From positions 2,356,001 through 2,420,000 of the forward strand of contig CM022667.1 in NCBI GenBank assembly GCA_012295275.1: a stretch of 64,000 nt of DNA, given 5' to 3'. The notes beneath the pieces are model-generated. The model did not search any database and was not told the origin of the DNA. It saw nothing but the letters and a program-made list of their open reading frames with translations. The position numbers were made by a program, and so were the translations under genes. This DNA is from Chrysomallon squamiferum (taxonomy: Eukaryota; Animalia; Mollusca). Positions 41,730-56,983 of this stretch are shown piece after piece; within the stretch, counting starts at the first letter, position 1; every line of letters starts with the position of its first letter.

Positions 41730-42760
41730 TGTAACATGCTCGCCTGAGGCTTGAAAGGTGGAGGCATGGAACCCTTCTAATGACTGTCTAGTTATTTATT
41801 TAGACATGCACACAGTCCTACAAGTGAGCTGTGGAGGTGTTCATTACAGTGTCTGCCCGAGGCTTCAAAGTTCACAGGATCAAACCTCGCTAATGAACAT
41901 GTTGAGTTATTTATTTAGACATGTGGAATCGTATAAGCAGGATGTAGTGCTGCTTTTTTTTTTTTTTTTTTTTTTTTTTTATTTCAGGTGACAGGATTTC
42001 TCCTTTCTGTCAGATCCATTAATGTTTAGTTACTGGTAGGATATTAAAGTGTATTACTGAATACGTTTGGTCTCAAGTTTATTGTTTCTAATGGCTCTGT
42101 TGTGTTATTTATTTTCAACTGCCCAGGTCTAGGAAGGCCCAGAATTGGTAGACACTGACATTTTTACTTGGCATTAGGCTGCAAGATCTATTGTTCCTAA
42201 CAGCTACATTGGATATTTATTTATTTACAGCTGCAAAGGTATAAGAAGAGCCAATTTCAGTAGACTGAAGATTTTAAGTGAGCTTGCGTTGCAGGATCTA
42301 TTCTACATAATGGCTCTATAAGTATTTTTTTTTTTTGACTGTTGCAGAAGTTTTGAAAGAGCCAATATTTGTAGACATTGATGTTTTTACTAAGCTTTGG
42401 GTTGCAGGATCTGTTCTTCCTAATAGCTCCGTTGAGTTAATTTATCTAAAAACTGCAGAAGTGTTGAAATTTACCAATGTTTGTAGACACTGAAGTAGTT
42501 ACTGGGCATTAGGTTTCAAAGTCTATTCTTCCTTAAACCTCTGTTGAGTTATTTTATTTCCAAGTGCTGAGAAGTGAGATACAGGACTGCAAAAACATTG
42601 GCAGACATTGAAATGCATTGATAAATTTATTACATTGTTTATTAAGTCTTTGGTTACAGGATCAGTTCTTCTTAATGGATATTTTTGGTTACGTATTTTA
42701 GAATGGCAGAACTGTAATAGTTTTTGTGTGTTCGAGATTTAATGGGTCGTAAGTTCATTT
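41730..42760 (+). repeat. Degenerate tandem array, ~112-120 bp period, possibly an amplified SINE head
   Basis: gtagac(a)(c/t)tga at 42148, 42260, 42371, 42483 and 42601 (gcagac), with recurring ggttgcaggatct.ttct and ttgagttattt. agttatttatttagacatg is duplicated at ~41790 and ~41905. Confidence 0.75.
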
Positions 42761-45403
42761 CTTTTAAATGGATAAGCTATGTGGTTGTTTTTTTGTTGTT
42801 TTTTTAAATGCAAAGCTGTTGTAGTGAATTTGGGATTGTTTGAACAGATCAGTTTATGCAGTTTGTACAGTAAATATGTTCTTGGTATCAAGGATAAGTT
42901 CTGAAAAATTTAAGAATTTATTTATCCATCTCTGCTACACATGAGTGAGTTACAATTACAGATTTTTTTTTTTTACTGATTTTAAACTGTTTGCCTACGG
43001 TATAAAACAACATGGTCACCTGATATATTGTTAACTTCATAACATATGATTTTGTCCAAATTTTAGGTTATTGGCCTGGGGTATGAAACTTAGTTTTCAG
43101 CTTATCTGTGATTCTGAATAAAAAAAAAAAAACAGTAGATGGATAAAAATAACATCAGTTGTTTTTTTTTAAATGTTTTTGCTTAAGGCATGCACAATGG
43201 GTTATGTGTCAGTTTGTTTTCAAACTGCTTTTATTGTATAGCAACACTTTACAAATATGATAATCTTATTTTTCCATGATTCATGAATTATTATGTGTAA
43301 AAAAAAAAAAAAAAATTAATATTTTATAACTGAAAATAAGCAAAGCATTTCTGACTGGTTAATCAAAAACTACATTCATACATACGTTTCACACATACAT
43401 ATACACTCCTGCATTCATATATAAATACATACATACATACATACAGGTACATACACACATGCATACATACATTTATACATAGTACGTATATATGCATACA
43501 AACATAGTACATGCATAGAAACACATGCATTTATTTGTAAATACCTATAAACTCTTTACTACAGATCATGACACAGCAATATCAGTTTTCTTTTCTAGTG
43601 TAGCATCATTGCCATCATTTATCTCTCACCTGGCAGATACTGACTGAAGTCAACAGATGAGATAACTAAGCATTCATTCACACATAGATATATATATTTT
43701 TTTTTATCTCAGTGCTGAGAAAAATATTTTTGCAGGTTGCCAAGGAATTTTACGATTCCGTTTTCTGAACTCATTGCTTCTTGATAAACTGGTGTATGTG
43801 TTGAAAGAGAGTTAAAAAAACAGAAAAGAAAAATGTAAAATAAAAATAGAAATCAATAAATGAACAAATAAATGAATAAATAATTTTAAAATATATGTAT
43901 ATATAAAAATATTAATGATTGGGTTAAAAAAGAATTATGTTTTTTTTTTTTACGTGATATTCAAACATATCTTTTTATTTTTATTTTTTTTTATACTTAT
44001 TTTATTTTTTTAGTTACTTAATTTATTTTTTTAAATATGATAATGTATGAAAAACAGCATCTTCTAATCTGTTTAAAAAAAAGAATAAAATTGATTGTGT
44101 TAACATCTTTTATTAGGGAACAATTAAAAATAAAATAAAATGAAGTGAAGACAAAAAGCTTTTCATAATTGTTTTTGCATTTTAAACATTTTAAATTTTT
44201 TTTTTTGTAAGGTATTGTAATATAAATAATTTTTCTTTTAAACATGTTAAAATCATACATAGTAAATTTATTTATTTATTTATTTATTTATTTTATTTTA
44301 TTTTATTTTATTTAAAATATTATATATGAGTAGTTGTTTAGCTGTGTTGATTATAATTTATGCTGAACAGTAAATGTTTGTTTTAATTTTATGTAAAAAA
44401 TAAGTTTTTACTTACAGTGAAAACCAGTTTAAATATTTGTAGTATGAATCATTACAACATTAGACTTGCTTCTTGTCTGTTTTGGACACTGTATTACATG
44501 TACAATTTCTGCTTGAACATACCAGTTTTTTTTATCTACACAGAAACACGCACACACACAGACACACAGACACAGATGCATGCACACACATCCATGCACA
44601 CACATTCATGCACATAAAATTATATAAATGATAAAAATGTTATTTATTACCTTGACAGTGACTGATGTTGGGACCTTGAAGTAAAGTCAAATCAGAATTC
44701 TAAACAAATGATATTGTGTATCATCTGTATGTACATGCACACACAAATTTCAGAGGTGTAAACAGACTTAATTCTAAAGAACTTTTTTTCATTATTTTTT
44801 TTTAAACATCCAAAAGAAAGTATTAGCTACGTATTTCATTTAAATAAACCAGCAATGCAGAAACATTTTGGCAAAATTTGTTTGTTTGTTTATTCATTGA
44901 TTTATTTATTTCAATGCAGCTCATAAAAAACACCAACTCAACTAGTGCCATTTTTTCAATAAGTAGGACACTAATAAAAAAAAAAAAAAATTACCAAAAA
45001 TTGTGAGCAAGTCTGAAGTAAATTGTTAAAAACATTTTAATGGGAGATACTGCTGGTATGTTTCAGGGTTAATATACTGTGTACATCAGGGCTTATCAGC
45101 TTTCCATGTACCTGTTTGTTATCATTTCCTTCTTTTCATCATGTTACATCAAGTGTGGCCGAAGAACCATTTCTCTTCATAGTCGTATTGTCGTCCAGAA
45201 TATTGTAGTTTCTTTTCTGTGTGAAATGTATAGACTGGGTATAAAGTCTGGATAAGCATTTTTTTTTATTTTGTATTGTTATTGTTGTTGTTGTTGTGTT
45301 GTTATGTGTAGGTGTGTGTATATGTGTGTGTATCCATGTGAGTATAGGGGTGTTTGTGGGTATTTGTGAATGTGATGCATTTGTGTTGGTGTCTTTGTGA
45401 ATG

Positions 45404-45456
<53 letters not shown>

Positions 45457-45570
45457 TAGGTATATAGATAGATGACACAGACATTTTGTATATAAAATTT
45501 TTTTATTTTTTTATTATTATTATTATTATCACACAAAAGCTTCAGGCCTTTTTAGAAAGCTTTTGTATAT

Positions 45571-45603
<33 letters not shown>

Positions 45604-46161
45604 TATATTTATTTTTAATGATATTTTTTCTGTTAGATGAAATGAGGATTGATCCAGAGTAATTTTCAAGTAATTTTCTAGGGGATGAACATTCAGTGGG
45701 TGTGGCCTCTTCTTAGGTTAAGTCTAGAGTTGTGTGTGAATAGTCTAAACTTAAAGTATTATTTGCATAATGATAAATGAGGCACACAAAACCTTTTGAG
45801 GTTATTAGCATGCAAAAATGTTCTTTATTACTAATCTGTGTCATATTTAATTTGTAACTATAAAGATACATACAGTGCTCAGAGATAGTGTAAAAATTTG
45901 AAAAAGCTTGTTAAACTTTAAACACATTCATGAATTTACTATCTAATAATTAATAATAAAAAAATTTAAACAAGATAGAGCATTGAGACTAAAAATTTGT
46001 ACAGTATGAACAGAACTAGTCATTTTCTTTTGAGAAATCAATAAGAAAATAAAAATAATTTAATAAAATGAATGAATTCTGTCTCAGAAGTATTAAGATT
46101 TAAACAGGAAAAGGCAAGAAATTAATAAAATTTTAAATGGGAAAAGTTTTCTTTCCAAAAG

Positions 46162-46199
<38 letters not shown>

Positions 46200-46570
46200 A
46201 AATAAAAAGTCACTCATGAAAGATAATGGTTGTATGTAAAATAAAGAGAAAAATTGCATTGAGTAAATTGATACTGGAAGTAAACCAGAAACAAGATCAA
46301 GCAAACTTCATCATGATCACAGTTAATGGTTTTTCCAGAGATAAAAGAACGAAACTTTTGTTTTTCTTTCCTGAACAATCTTTTCTCTGATAAAACATTT
46401 CGTGTCACTTTCAGTTAAAGTGAGCACATCCTCATGTATTTCCACATTCAACTTCCTTAGTTATTTTTACTGCATATTTTCCGATTAATTAATTAATTAT
46501 ATTATTATGTTTCCTCCTGACTAAAATAAAATATATTTATTTTTATGACGGTTAGGTTTACCTTTTTATC

Positions 46571-46607
<37 letters not shown>

Positions 46608-46650
46608 CAACAAGGTTTCCTTTTGACTGGAATAGAGGTAATATGTCATA

Positions 46651-46691
<41 letters not shown>

Positions 46692-47170
46692 ATATATATA
46701 TATATAATTTAAATAAATACATTTTAAAAAAGTGGTGGAAAAAAAAAAAAAAAAAATATTATTGTATCAAGTAACAAAAGTACTAAACCTCCTCCAGGGC
46801 TCCTTAATAAGTACTACACCTAACCTCTAGGTACACTAACCCACTAACCCCAAACTAATCTAATGTAACCCATTTACAGGCAAATAAGCTGCACATGGCA
46901 GCATGCATGATCTTCCATCTTGATAAAACATGATTTCAGGAATGTTAAATTATCACTTGTTATTTGAAGTGTGCATGTGGGAGATAGGAAGAAATTGTTT
47001 GAATTTTTTTCTAAAGTTACGTTTTTACTAGTAGTTGACTGTTTTCGTATATTAATTAATAGCTAAGTGTAACAACAGAATTATTAAACATTAAAAATGT
47101 CAGGATGGTGATGTGTTTTCTGATGTCATTTTCTTATAGAGGATGGATCTGCAATAAAGAAAAATGCATA

Positions 47171-47172
<2 letters not shown>

Positions 47173-47258
<86 letters not shown>
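47173..47258. repeat. (TG)n(AG)n compound microsatellite
   Basis: Direct observation. Confidence 0.95.
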
Positions 47259-47260
<2 letters not shown>

Positions 47261-47311
47261 TGTTTGTCTTTCTAATGGTGTTTGTATCTCTGTGTATGTA
47301 CATTTGTGAAT

Positions 47312-47347
<36 letters not shown>

Positions 47348-48284
47348 CTTGAACATCTCTAATGGCATGTCTGGGTGTTATGTCTGTGCGGATGTGCATC
47401 TCTGCACATGTTTGTGTGTGTTTTTCATGTTTTAATAATGTTGAGAAACAGGAATGCTGGTAGTGCAATCGACCTAAACTTTCTTCATTGACAATATTTT
47501 TGATGAAAGTAGTACCAAAGTATGGCGATATTTTATACCTGTATCCTACTGAAATAAAAGCAGAAACTACAAGAAATGTAATCTCAACTTCTAGTTTAAT
47601 GTACTTGGCTTCAGAAACAAGATACATCATGTTTCTTCTTTCTGGATATTCATTACTGTTTCTTCTTCTCAGTTTTAGTGTTCTTCTGCAGCTCAGTTTA
47701 TATTGAAGATGACAGTTAATGCAAACACGTAATAGAAAGCTGGATTAACACAGTTATCAGGTTTCATTACTATTTTTGAATTTGTGAAAAGGTTATTTAT
47801 ATTACTATTATATTACTGCTGAAATAGAGATTATTTGGTAGTTTTCTTTTTTTTTAAAACAAAAAAAAAAAAAACTATAGCTCCCCAAATAAAAAAAAAT
47901 AGCATTATAATTTCTATTTTTAAAAATAATTTAATAATAAATATAATATTAAAAAAAAACAATTAGAAAAATAATTTTCATAATTGTATTATGTATATTG
48001 TTCTTGTACATTAACTCAAATTCATCTGCATTATATCAAAAATATATTTCTTTATTTTATTTTTATTTTTTTTTGTACTCCTTTAATTTATATAATTTTT
48101 GTTAAATTTCAGTATTAATTACAATATATATTTCTGAACAATAAACAAAATTTTTAAAGCACATTTAAGGCATATCTTTTCTGTTGTTGTTTTGTTGTTT
48201 TTTTTTTTTGTTGTTTTATTTCATTCTGATTTAGCTGGGTATCTGTTACTGAATAAGACAATATGTACCAGTATTTCTGCTTTG

Positions 48285-49270
48285 TGTTATTATTTCACAG
48301 GACTTTTCCATGTGTTAGACTTTTTAACCTCAATATCTCTATTAAGTAATGTTGTTTTTTTGCATTGTTCTTCTTTTCTTTTTTTTTTTTGGTTTGTTTT
48401 TTCATTTTAAGATAAGTAGTTATGACTACATCTCTGTTCCTGAAAAAAACAATTGAAAAAAAAGAGTTATTCTATGTGTTATTTATTACTTTACAGGAAT
48501 GTCCATGTGTTACACATTCACATGTGATGTCTCTGTTGAATGTTTGTGTACGTAGACATTGCATTGGGTTTATTTCCTTGTGATATAACTGAATCTTTAA
48601 TTCAGAATAAAGATTTTTATTTCTAATTTTATAATTTAAAAAAAAAAAAAAAAATTTTGTATTATCATATTGAATCTCCATATGTTAACATTTGATCTCA
48701 TTTGTCTGTGTTGAGTGACGTGCATGCAGAAGTTGCACTGGGATGTTTGTCATTCTGATTGAACTGTTAGCGCTGTTTCTGAATAAAGAATTATTATTAT
48801 CATCAATCATTCTTTTCTATTATTATTATTATTATTTTATTTTTTTTTTTTTTTTTTTTGAAATATCACTTCTGCTAAACATTATTTGTCATTGGCTTTA
48901 AGTTTGGTTTACTTCACTGTAATATAACTGAATAAAGCCTTCAATTTTTTTTTTTTTTTTTTTAATTGTACCTATACTGCTGCTATGAGTTATTGTTCTA
49001 CAGGATTCTGTATGTTACATATATGGACATCAACAATCAGTGTAGGTGTTGCATTGGGAATTTTCATTCTAATATTCATCCTGTATTTCTGTCTAAAAGA
49101 ATAAACATCTATATATATATATTATATATATATTTTTTTTTTTGGTGCAGGTTCCTCTGCTAATGATACATTATTTCACAGGACTCTCCTCCATGTGTTA
49201 GACATTTGCACGTTGGTGTCTGCGCTGAGTGACATACATGTAGATGTTGCATTGTCTGGATGGTATTTAC
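48285..49270. repeat. Old degenerate repeated units
   Basis: (ttatttc)acagga..ccatgtgtta.ac at ~48290, 48493, 48677, 48999 and 49171; tgagtgac....atg.aga.gttgca at ~48712 and ~49226. Confidence 0.7.
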
Positions 49271-49667
49271 TGCTGACCTTTCTGCTGTGTTTTTACAGCA
49301 TGCGCACACACAGCTTTTTGTCACACCTGGGCTTAATTATCAAATCCTCAATAAGCCATATTGTGTTCAGTGCAGAACAATTGACTCGAAGTCTGTGTGA
49401 TACGCTTAAAGTCTCTTGAACTTGTATGTTTTGTGTGTGTGTGTGTTTTTTTTGTGTGTGTGTGTGTGTTTTTGTGTGTGTGTGTTTTTGTATGTGTGTG
49501 TGGTTTTTTTTTGTGTAAGTATATATATGGTTGACTGCATTACTAGTTTATTGCAAGTATGTTTTTCTTTTTTCATCTTATTTTTTTGTAAAGTTATGTA
49601 TACTAGAGCCAAATTTCTGTCTGCACAAGTAATCACATAATGTGTTAGTCTGCACACATTTCTGTCT

Positions 49668-49720
<53 letters not shown>

Positions 49721-52543
49721 ATAAATAATAATAATAACTGTTTGCTTTGAACAGAATAACAGTATAAAATATTTCTGAATAAAATGTCATTCCTCTGACA
49801 TGTTACTGATCACAGTATTTTCTAAGATATCTTCAATTGTTTAGCTTTAAAACTGATACCGTCTTATTAAACTATCATATTAAACCCATTGTACCCTATC
49901 TCAGTATCATTAGTATTAATAATTTAACAGCATAGTGTTTTGTTTTGTACATGGATTGGAACAGAATTGCTGTTATCTGCTCCTTTGTTCCCTCAAAAAA
50001 ATAAAAAATTTTAACATGCTGTATGATGATCTGTTGATATGAAGATGATAATCTATATAATCTTTGTAAAGGCTGTATTCCCAGTCCCTGTAATTGTATG
50101 ATACGATATTGAGATACATGTACACACTAAATTCTATACAGAACCTTTGTAGATCTGCTAATAACATTTTTTTTTCTCCCAAGTATTTTGTTCTGATAAC
50201 ATCTGAATGCCATTTTTTTTTTTTAAATTTAAAATTTCTTTTTTAAACACAACATAAATAAATAAATATATATATATAAAGAACTAATTTGGTTGACTGC
50301 GTTGCTAATTTATTGCCAGTGTGTTTTTCTTTTTATTCTTTATTTTGTTGGGTTTTTGGGTTTTTTTTTGAAAAATTGTATTATATATATATATATTTTT
50401 GTCTGCACACGTAATGTGTTAGTCTTCACACATATTTTTCTGTCTGCATAAGTAATGTGTTCGTCTGCACACATATTTCTGTGTGGGCACATTCTGCATA
50501 CATAGTTGTACTGTAATTGCTGTTATTTCCTCACTTTCTAAATTCCACATCTTCTGTTTGTTCTTTCTTATTACTCATTCTTTCTGCATTTTCTTTTCAG
50601 TTTTCTTTTTGCACTTTTCTTCTTTTTTTTTACTATTCTTTAATTTTTTTCTTCTTTTATGATTTCTTTTCTTCTTCCACCCACCCCCCTTTTGGTGTTG
50701 TGTTTTTGACTCACTTCCTGTTCAGTGTTTTGGTTTCATTTTCTTTGCATGTTGCATAATGCAAGAACATTAACATTGTTTTCAAGTCTGAGCTAATGTG
50801 TTACTTTTGTCAATAATGTTTCCTTGTCAGGCATACGTTAGTTATGAATACTTCAGAGCATGCAGCAGTAATAATAATAATATTAATAATATATCATGTC
50901 TAATGCTAATTTTAAGACCTTTAAATGTCATTATGTCATGAAACAGTTTTTATTATTTTTTTTTTTTTTTTTTTTTATTTTATGAAGCTTCAATAGTATT
51001 TATGAAGTTAAGTACAGAAGAATGGTTTGAAAAAACATACACAATTGTAATAGATCATTTCATATTCATTTTTGTAAAAATAATTTTATTTAGCATTCCA
51101 GATTCTTTTGCCAGATATTTTATCTTGTACAATGTTTAATTCTACTTCTGAAAGGTTTCCTTTGATGACCCATTTTTCTAATTTCAGTTCAAACCATATT
51201 CTTATTCATAAAGCTGTTCTTAATAGCCCTTATCATTTCTCCTTACCAATACCACAAGCATTACCTATCAAATTTGTTGTTATCCTCACCCTCACTCTAA
51301 TAATGAACTTTTTCACACCCCTAACCTGTACCCATACCATTTGTTATCTACTTTATTGTTTCTTGAAATACTTTCCTTCACTAAACTACAACTTTCTTTT
51401 GCAGTTAAATTATATTGGTGTTGAGAGAGTAATTTTCTGTTTCTCTCAGTTTTCATAATTTACTGTGAAGCTCCAGTTTTCCTTAGATAGCTTTCAGGCC
51501 CAACTGAAGATGAAAAGAGCAAATCATTTTTACCTGTTGATGACAGATACATCATATTTTTTTCCTATTTGATGAGAGTAGACATATGTCTTGAGTAATT
51601 TGGAATACATCACTGAAAATATTTAGATATTTGATAAAAAACAGAGGGAGTCTTTCCTTTTGTTTTAGAAGATATTCTTCACTCACTGAAATGTTTAGCT
51701 TTAAAGTCTTAAGTAATGGTTCACATCTGTCTCAGTAGATATTCATTTTAAATAGATGTGTAAACATTTAGACTAAAGAAAACTCCCTTCTAATGACCAG
51801 ATTATGTTGTGGCCAGTTAGGAATGGATGTTACGTTGAATTCACATTTTTGTATATGAAATATTTGTGATAACAGATTTCTTTTCATTTGAATATATGTC
51901 TGATTCTTGATTCATTTCATTCTTTTCAACATCCAGTGCTGAACTATATACTCATTTGAATAACTGTGTCTAAAATATTTAGAATTATTTTGAACCAGAT
52001 GAAAATCTGAAAGCTAAAACATAGGGAAAAGTTAAATAATTGTCTTCTGTCTGTCTTAAATTGCATATAAGAAGAATAGAGGTGTTCCCACTGAAGAACA
52101 AGAAATATATATATAAATAAAAAATAAAGAATTTCCATTCTGTATGTTTTAAAAACAATAGGATAATGACTGCACGTGCAGAAATAATTCTGCAGTTTTG
52201 TTTTTCTTCTGCTGTTTTCATTGTATTTCATTCACATGTCTTTTTCTTATCTCTTTCTCACTTTTCTTTTCTTTTCTTTCTTTCTTTTTTTTTTTTTGTA
52301 CTAGATTGTTCATCTCAGCTGTATGTGAAGAATTGTAGATATAATATGTCCTAGATGATCATGGTTCACTTCAGTTTATTTTGATTAAGTCGTCTCAACT
52401 TTGATGTTGACAAGTCTGATAATGAGAATATCTTTTTACTAATATATCTACAAAACCATTTTTTTTTTTTTAATCTTTCATTTTTTTAATTTGTTTTTTG
52501 TTTTTGTTTTTTGTAGAAAATATATTTAATATGGCTTTAAACT

Positions 52544-52612
<69 letters not shown>

Positions 52613-52694
52613 TACCCACAAAAAAACCCTCAGAATAATAAGAAATTCCTAGGATATCATCATACAGTTCAGAGTTTTGTTATTGAAGGCTATG

Positions 52695-52751
<57 letters not shown>

Positions 52752-53054
52752 GTTCAAATAAAAAAAAAAAAATTTGACAAACATCTCATCAGAAATCTGC
52801 ACACACAGGAGTTTTCAATTCGGATGAAATGGTGTTGGATGGCAAATAATAACCATTGAGAAGAGTCATTTTGACAGAACATGCCTGAGGCAGTCTTTGT
52901 CCACAGAGAACAAAATGTTCAGTAAATTGAGCCTCATCTCAGTACTGCTTTTATCAATGGATAAACCGGCAATAATGTTTACACGATCCAAAGAAGAGGA
53001 AGAAGAAGAAGAAAAAAAAAAAAAAAATGAAATAAAGATACTGAAGGAATGTTT

Positions 53055-53300
53055 ATGTATCAGTAACCATATACTGAGATTAATGTTTATATGATGCAAA
53101 GTAGAAAAATGAAAAAATTAAATAAAAAAAAGTAAAGATTATAAAGTTTGCTGCATCAGAAGATACTATGAGGATGATGTGTACACAATGCAAAGTTGAA
53201 AAATGAAAATAATTTTAAAAAAAGTAAAGATAATAAAGAAAATTTGATGTGTCAGTAGATATTAAGAGAGTAATGTATATGATGCAAAACAGAAAAAAGT
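53055..53300. repeat. Tandem repeat, ~3 units of ~95 bp
   Basis: atgcaaa..gaaaaa..aaaa and aaaaagtaaagat.ataaag recur. Confidence 0.7.
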
Positions 53301-55016
53301 AAAATACAATAAGAATAATAAATAAAACTTTGTATTGTTTTATATACATATATATATATACATACATAAAATAGTAATTCTAGGAATGTTTGAATATTTT
53401 AGAAAATAATATCACTAACAATATGTAAGAAATGTAGGATATGACAAAAAAAATGAAGTGGTAAATGTCAGCTAGTTATGATGATATATATCTGTCAAGT
53501 CTTATGATGTATGTCAAAAGCTGTGGTTATATATATTTGACATTTATTAGGATTTGACAAGTATTTCTTAATATGGGAAATGTCAGAAGTAGCTGAGGTT
53601 GCACATATTTGTTGTGTAGTAGGTTTTGTCAAGTATTTCTTAACATGGGAATGTCAAATATAGCAATGGTAAAAGATGTTTTTCTCATCTTGGTCATATT
53701 AATAAAATACATATAAATGAAGAGGAAAAATTCGAAACTGGAAGTAACAGCTTCTTAAAACGTGTGTGTGGTGTGTTGTGTGTGTGTTTGTGTGTTTGTA
53801 TTTGTGTGTGTGTGTTTTTGTATTTGTGTGTGTGTGTGTGTGTGTGTGTTTGTGTTTGAATACAGTATACAGATCAATACTGTCAGCTGTCTTACAAATC
53901 AATTAATTATTATTAACTGATTTTTTTTTAAATTTATCTTTATACTGGTTTATAGTTATCTTTATTCTTGTGTGTAGGTCATATGTGACACTGTAAGGAA
54001 GATAGGAATGGAGTGAAAGAGAATAGGTACAGATAAATAAAACAGTCTGTAATAATCATTATTATTATAATGCTTTTTTTCTTTTATATTATTATTATTA
54101 TTATTATCTTTTTTTTTTTAAACTTTGGGGTAAGAAAGACAGCCTCCAACCTTATGGGAATATTTCCCCCCCCCAGTAATACAAAAAATACAAAAAATAA
54201 AATTAAACAAAATAAAATACTATTACAATTCTTTTTTCTTTCTTTCTGTGTTACACACACACACATATATATATATATAAACAGGTAGCCAATACTCTGA
54301 GGGGAACAGTTTTAACAAAATATGTTTCTGATGGTATCTGCTGGTGTAGTATTAGCTGTGCATGGAGATACAACTACATGTTGTTTGCTAACTCAACAAG
54401 ATGTTAACACAAGCTTGGTGTTTATGTGTATGTTGTCTACCACCCATTTCTGATTTATAGACATACAGAACATCAGCAGACACAGACTTCATGCTGTATT
54501 TAACCCACATCCTATTTCTCTTATCTCTGGAATTCATTAAACACAGACACACATAACAGTAAATATATTTCTATGCTGTTAATTGATGGATGTGTATATA
54601 TATATATATATATATATAAAAACCTTTATTCTCTGTCTGAATTGTAAGTGGAATTAGCTATATTAAAAGTTTTATTATTTAAATTTTATCACAAGAGCAC
54701 ATTACAGTCTGTGTTAGTGTTCTAAATATCCCAGAATTTGTTTAGCTTAATATATATATATATATATATATTTTTTCATAGATATAACTTGGTTGACAGT
54801 TAAAATTATATAAATATTAAAATGACTCACAGACACACACACATACACACACAGACACACACAGAGAGAGAGGCGTACATGCATTTATGCACATACATCC
54901 ACACATGAATGCACACATGCCTGCAGATATTCATGTAATGATATAAACACTTGAGTGAGATTGGGAAACATTTGCATACACTTACAAATGTGTTCAGACA
55001 CACACACACACACACG

Positions 55017-55047
<31 letters not shown>

Positions 55048-55416
55048 TTACAGACACATACATATTCATGAATGCATCTTTCTTCACCACACATGAATGA
55101 ACGCAGGCATGCAGACGTATTCAGGTAAAGATATAAATAGTTAAAATGAAGAACAAAAATATTCAGAATATATATTTACACCGGATTAACTGAAGGATAA
55201 TAGTTGTTTGTAGCTTGTTTAGATTTCTTAGATTGTCATTACGACACTCGTTTAAAACTTTAAGTAAGGTTAACCAAAGGCTAAAGATTTCTAACCCTAA
55301 TATGTTGACATTATGTATGGAATTTATTAGATAATTGTAGATAGAAATATTTTTACATGCATGGGTTCATTAAGTGAAAGAAGTTACCAACTTGATACAA
55401 AGTGTCACAGGAATTC

Positions 55417-55850
55417 GTTATTTATATGTTGTTACAAGATTGAGCGAGATTGTCTGTGTGTCTGAGTGAGTGTGTGTGTGTGTCTGCCTGAATTTGTATC
55501 TTTGTCTGTCTGTCTCTGTTTTAATTGATGTGTATGTGTGTGCGATATTACAGAGATTAATTACGTGTATATAGCTATATGTCTTTATAGGCGTATGTGT
55601 AATTAAATGTAGATGATAAAACATATTTCTTACTTCGTTATTTATATGTTGTTACAAGACTGAGCGAGATTGTCTGTGTGTCTGAGTGAGTGTGTGTGCC
55701 TGCCTGAATTTGTATGTTTGTCTGTCTGTCTGTTTTAATGTATGTGTACGTGCATGCAATATTACAGAGATTAATTATGTGTAAATAGCTATATATTTTT
55801 ATAGGCGTATATGTAATTAAATGTAGATGATAAAACATATTTCTTACTTC
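55417..55850. repeat. Tandem duplication, 220 bp + 214 bp
   Basis: 55417-55636 and 55637-55850 are closely similar (gttatttatatgttgttacaaga ... aaacatatttcttacttc). This explains paired ORFs 55418-55624 and 55638-55838. Confidence 0.95.
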
Positions 55851-56164
55851 AGACAGCTAAATAATACATCACTTAACAGGAAAAAGAATATGTTTAAATA
55901 TCTGGATCCTGCCATTATGTTTAGTTGAAGCTTTATCTACAGAACTAATTTTTTTAGAATAATCAAGGGATTAATTTTAATGCTTAACTTTTCTTTTCTT
56001 TTTTCTAAATTTATTTACACAAGCATGTTCTTTGATATTCATTTTAAAGTTTAAATATTTTTATAATTTTTTAATTTATTTCGTTCATAGAGAAAAATGC
56101 AGACAACATATTTTATAAAGTAGTTATACAAGCTGGACAGATTTTACAAATATATATTTTTTTT

Positions 56165-56415
56165 AATTTATATCATGCATAGCCACTACATTATTTTTCT
56201 GAATATTCATTTAAACACATCAAAAATACATCAGTTATTTATATTTTTTAAATTTATATTATAACACGGCCACTGCATTATTTTTCTGAATATTTATTTA
56301 AACATATCAAAAATACATCATTTTTTTTTTTTTTTTTTTTTTTTTTTTCAAAATTTTTTTTTAACATTAGCCACTACATGGTTTTTTTCTGAATATTCAT
56401 TTAAACATATCAAAT
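56165..56415. repeat. Tandem repeat, 3 units of ~90-100 bp
   Basis: gccact.cat..tttttctgaatatt.atttaaaca.atcaaa occurs three times. Confidence 0.88.
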
Positions 56416-56857
56416 GGATTTTTTTTTTTTTTTATATATTTTTTCTCTTTTTCGCAATATTGCAGTATTGCATAATGTTGGCTCTAATTTGCTATCTGTT
56501 CCCTGTGGAACTGTTTTGCATGTGCTGCAGTGTTTGGCAACTGGTTGGTTAAAATCATCACATATTTCTCTGTGGAGTTATTTATAAAGATTCCCTGCTG
56601 CCAATCAATCAATAATAGCAGCCCATTGAATGTTTCCCTTTCATCATTATAATTATACAGAAACCCATACAATTTCACTCTTGAATCATTAAAAAAAAAG
56701 AGATGTGTGGAGGTTTTTTTGTTACGCAAATATTCCTTTCTTCCTGCTTTCTGTTATTAATTCATATTCATTCTTTTGTTCATTCAGTTGTTCGTTCATT
56801 CATTCTTTTGCATGCATGCCCTCTCTTTCTTTCTTTTCTCTCTCTCTCTTTCTGTCT

Positions 56858-56983
<126 letters not shown>

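Noticed and set aside
40367-42760. CRISPR-like regularly spaced repeats
   Set aside because: The spacers are homologous to each other, the repeats are degenerate, no cas genes are present and the context is a eukaryotic intron.
46815-46872. Interstitial telomeric repeat (ctaacc-like)
   Set aside because: Too short and degenerate to call.
47100-47630. Longest ORF, 176 aa on the - strand
   Set aside because: About half is dinucleotide repeat; the remainder has no recognisable homology.
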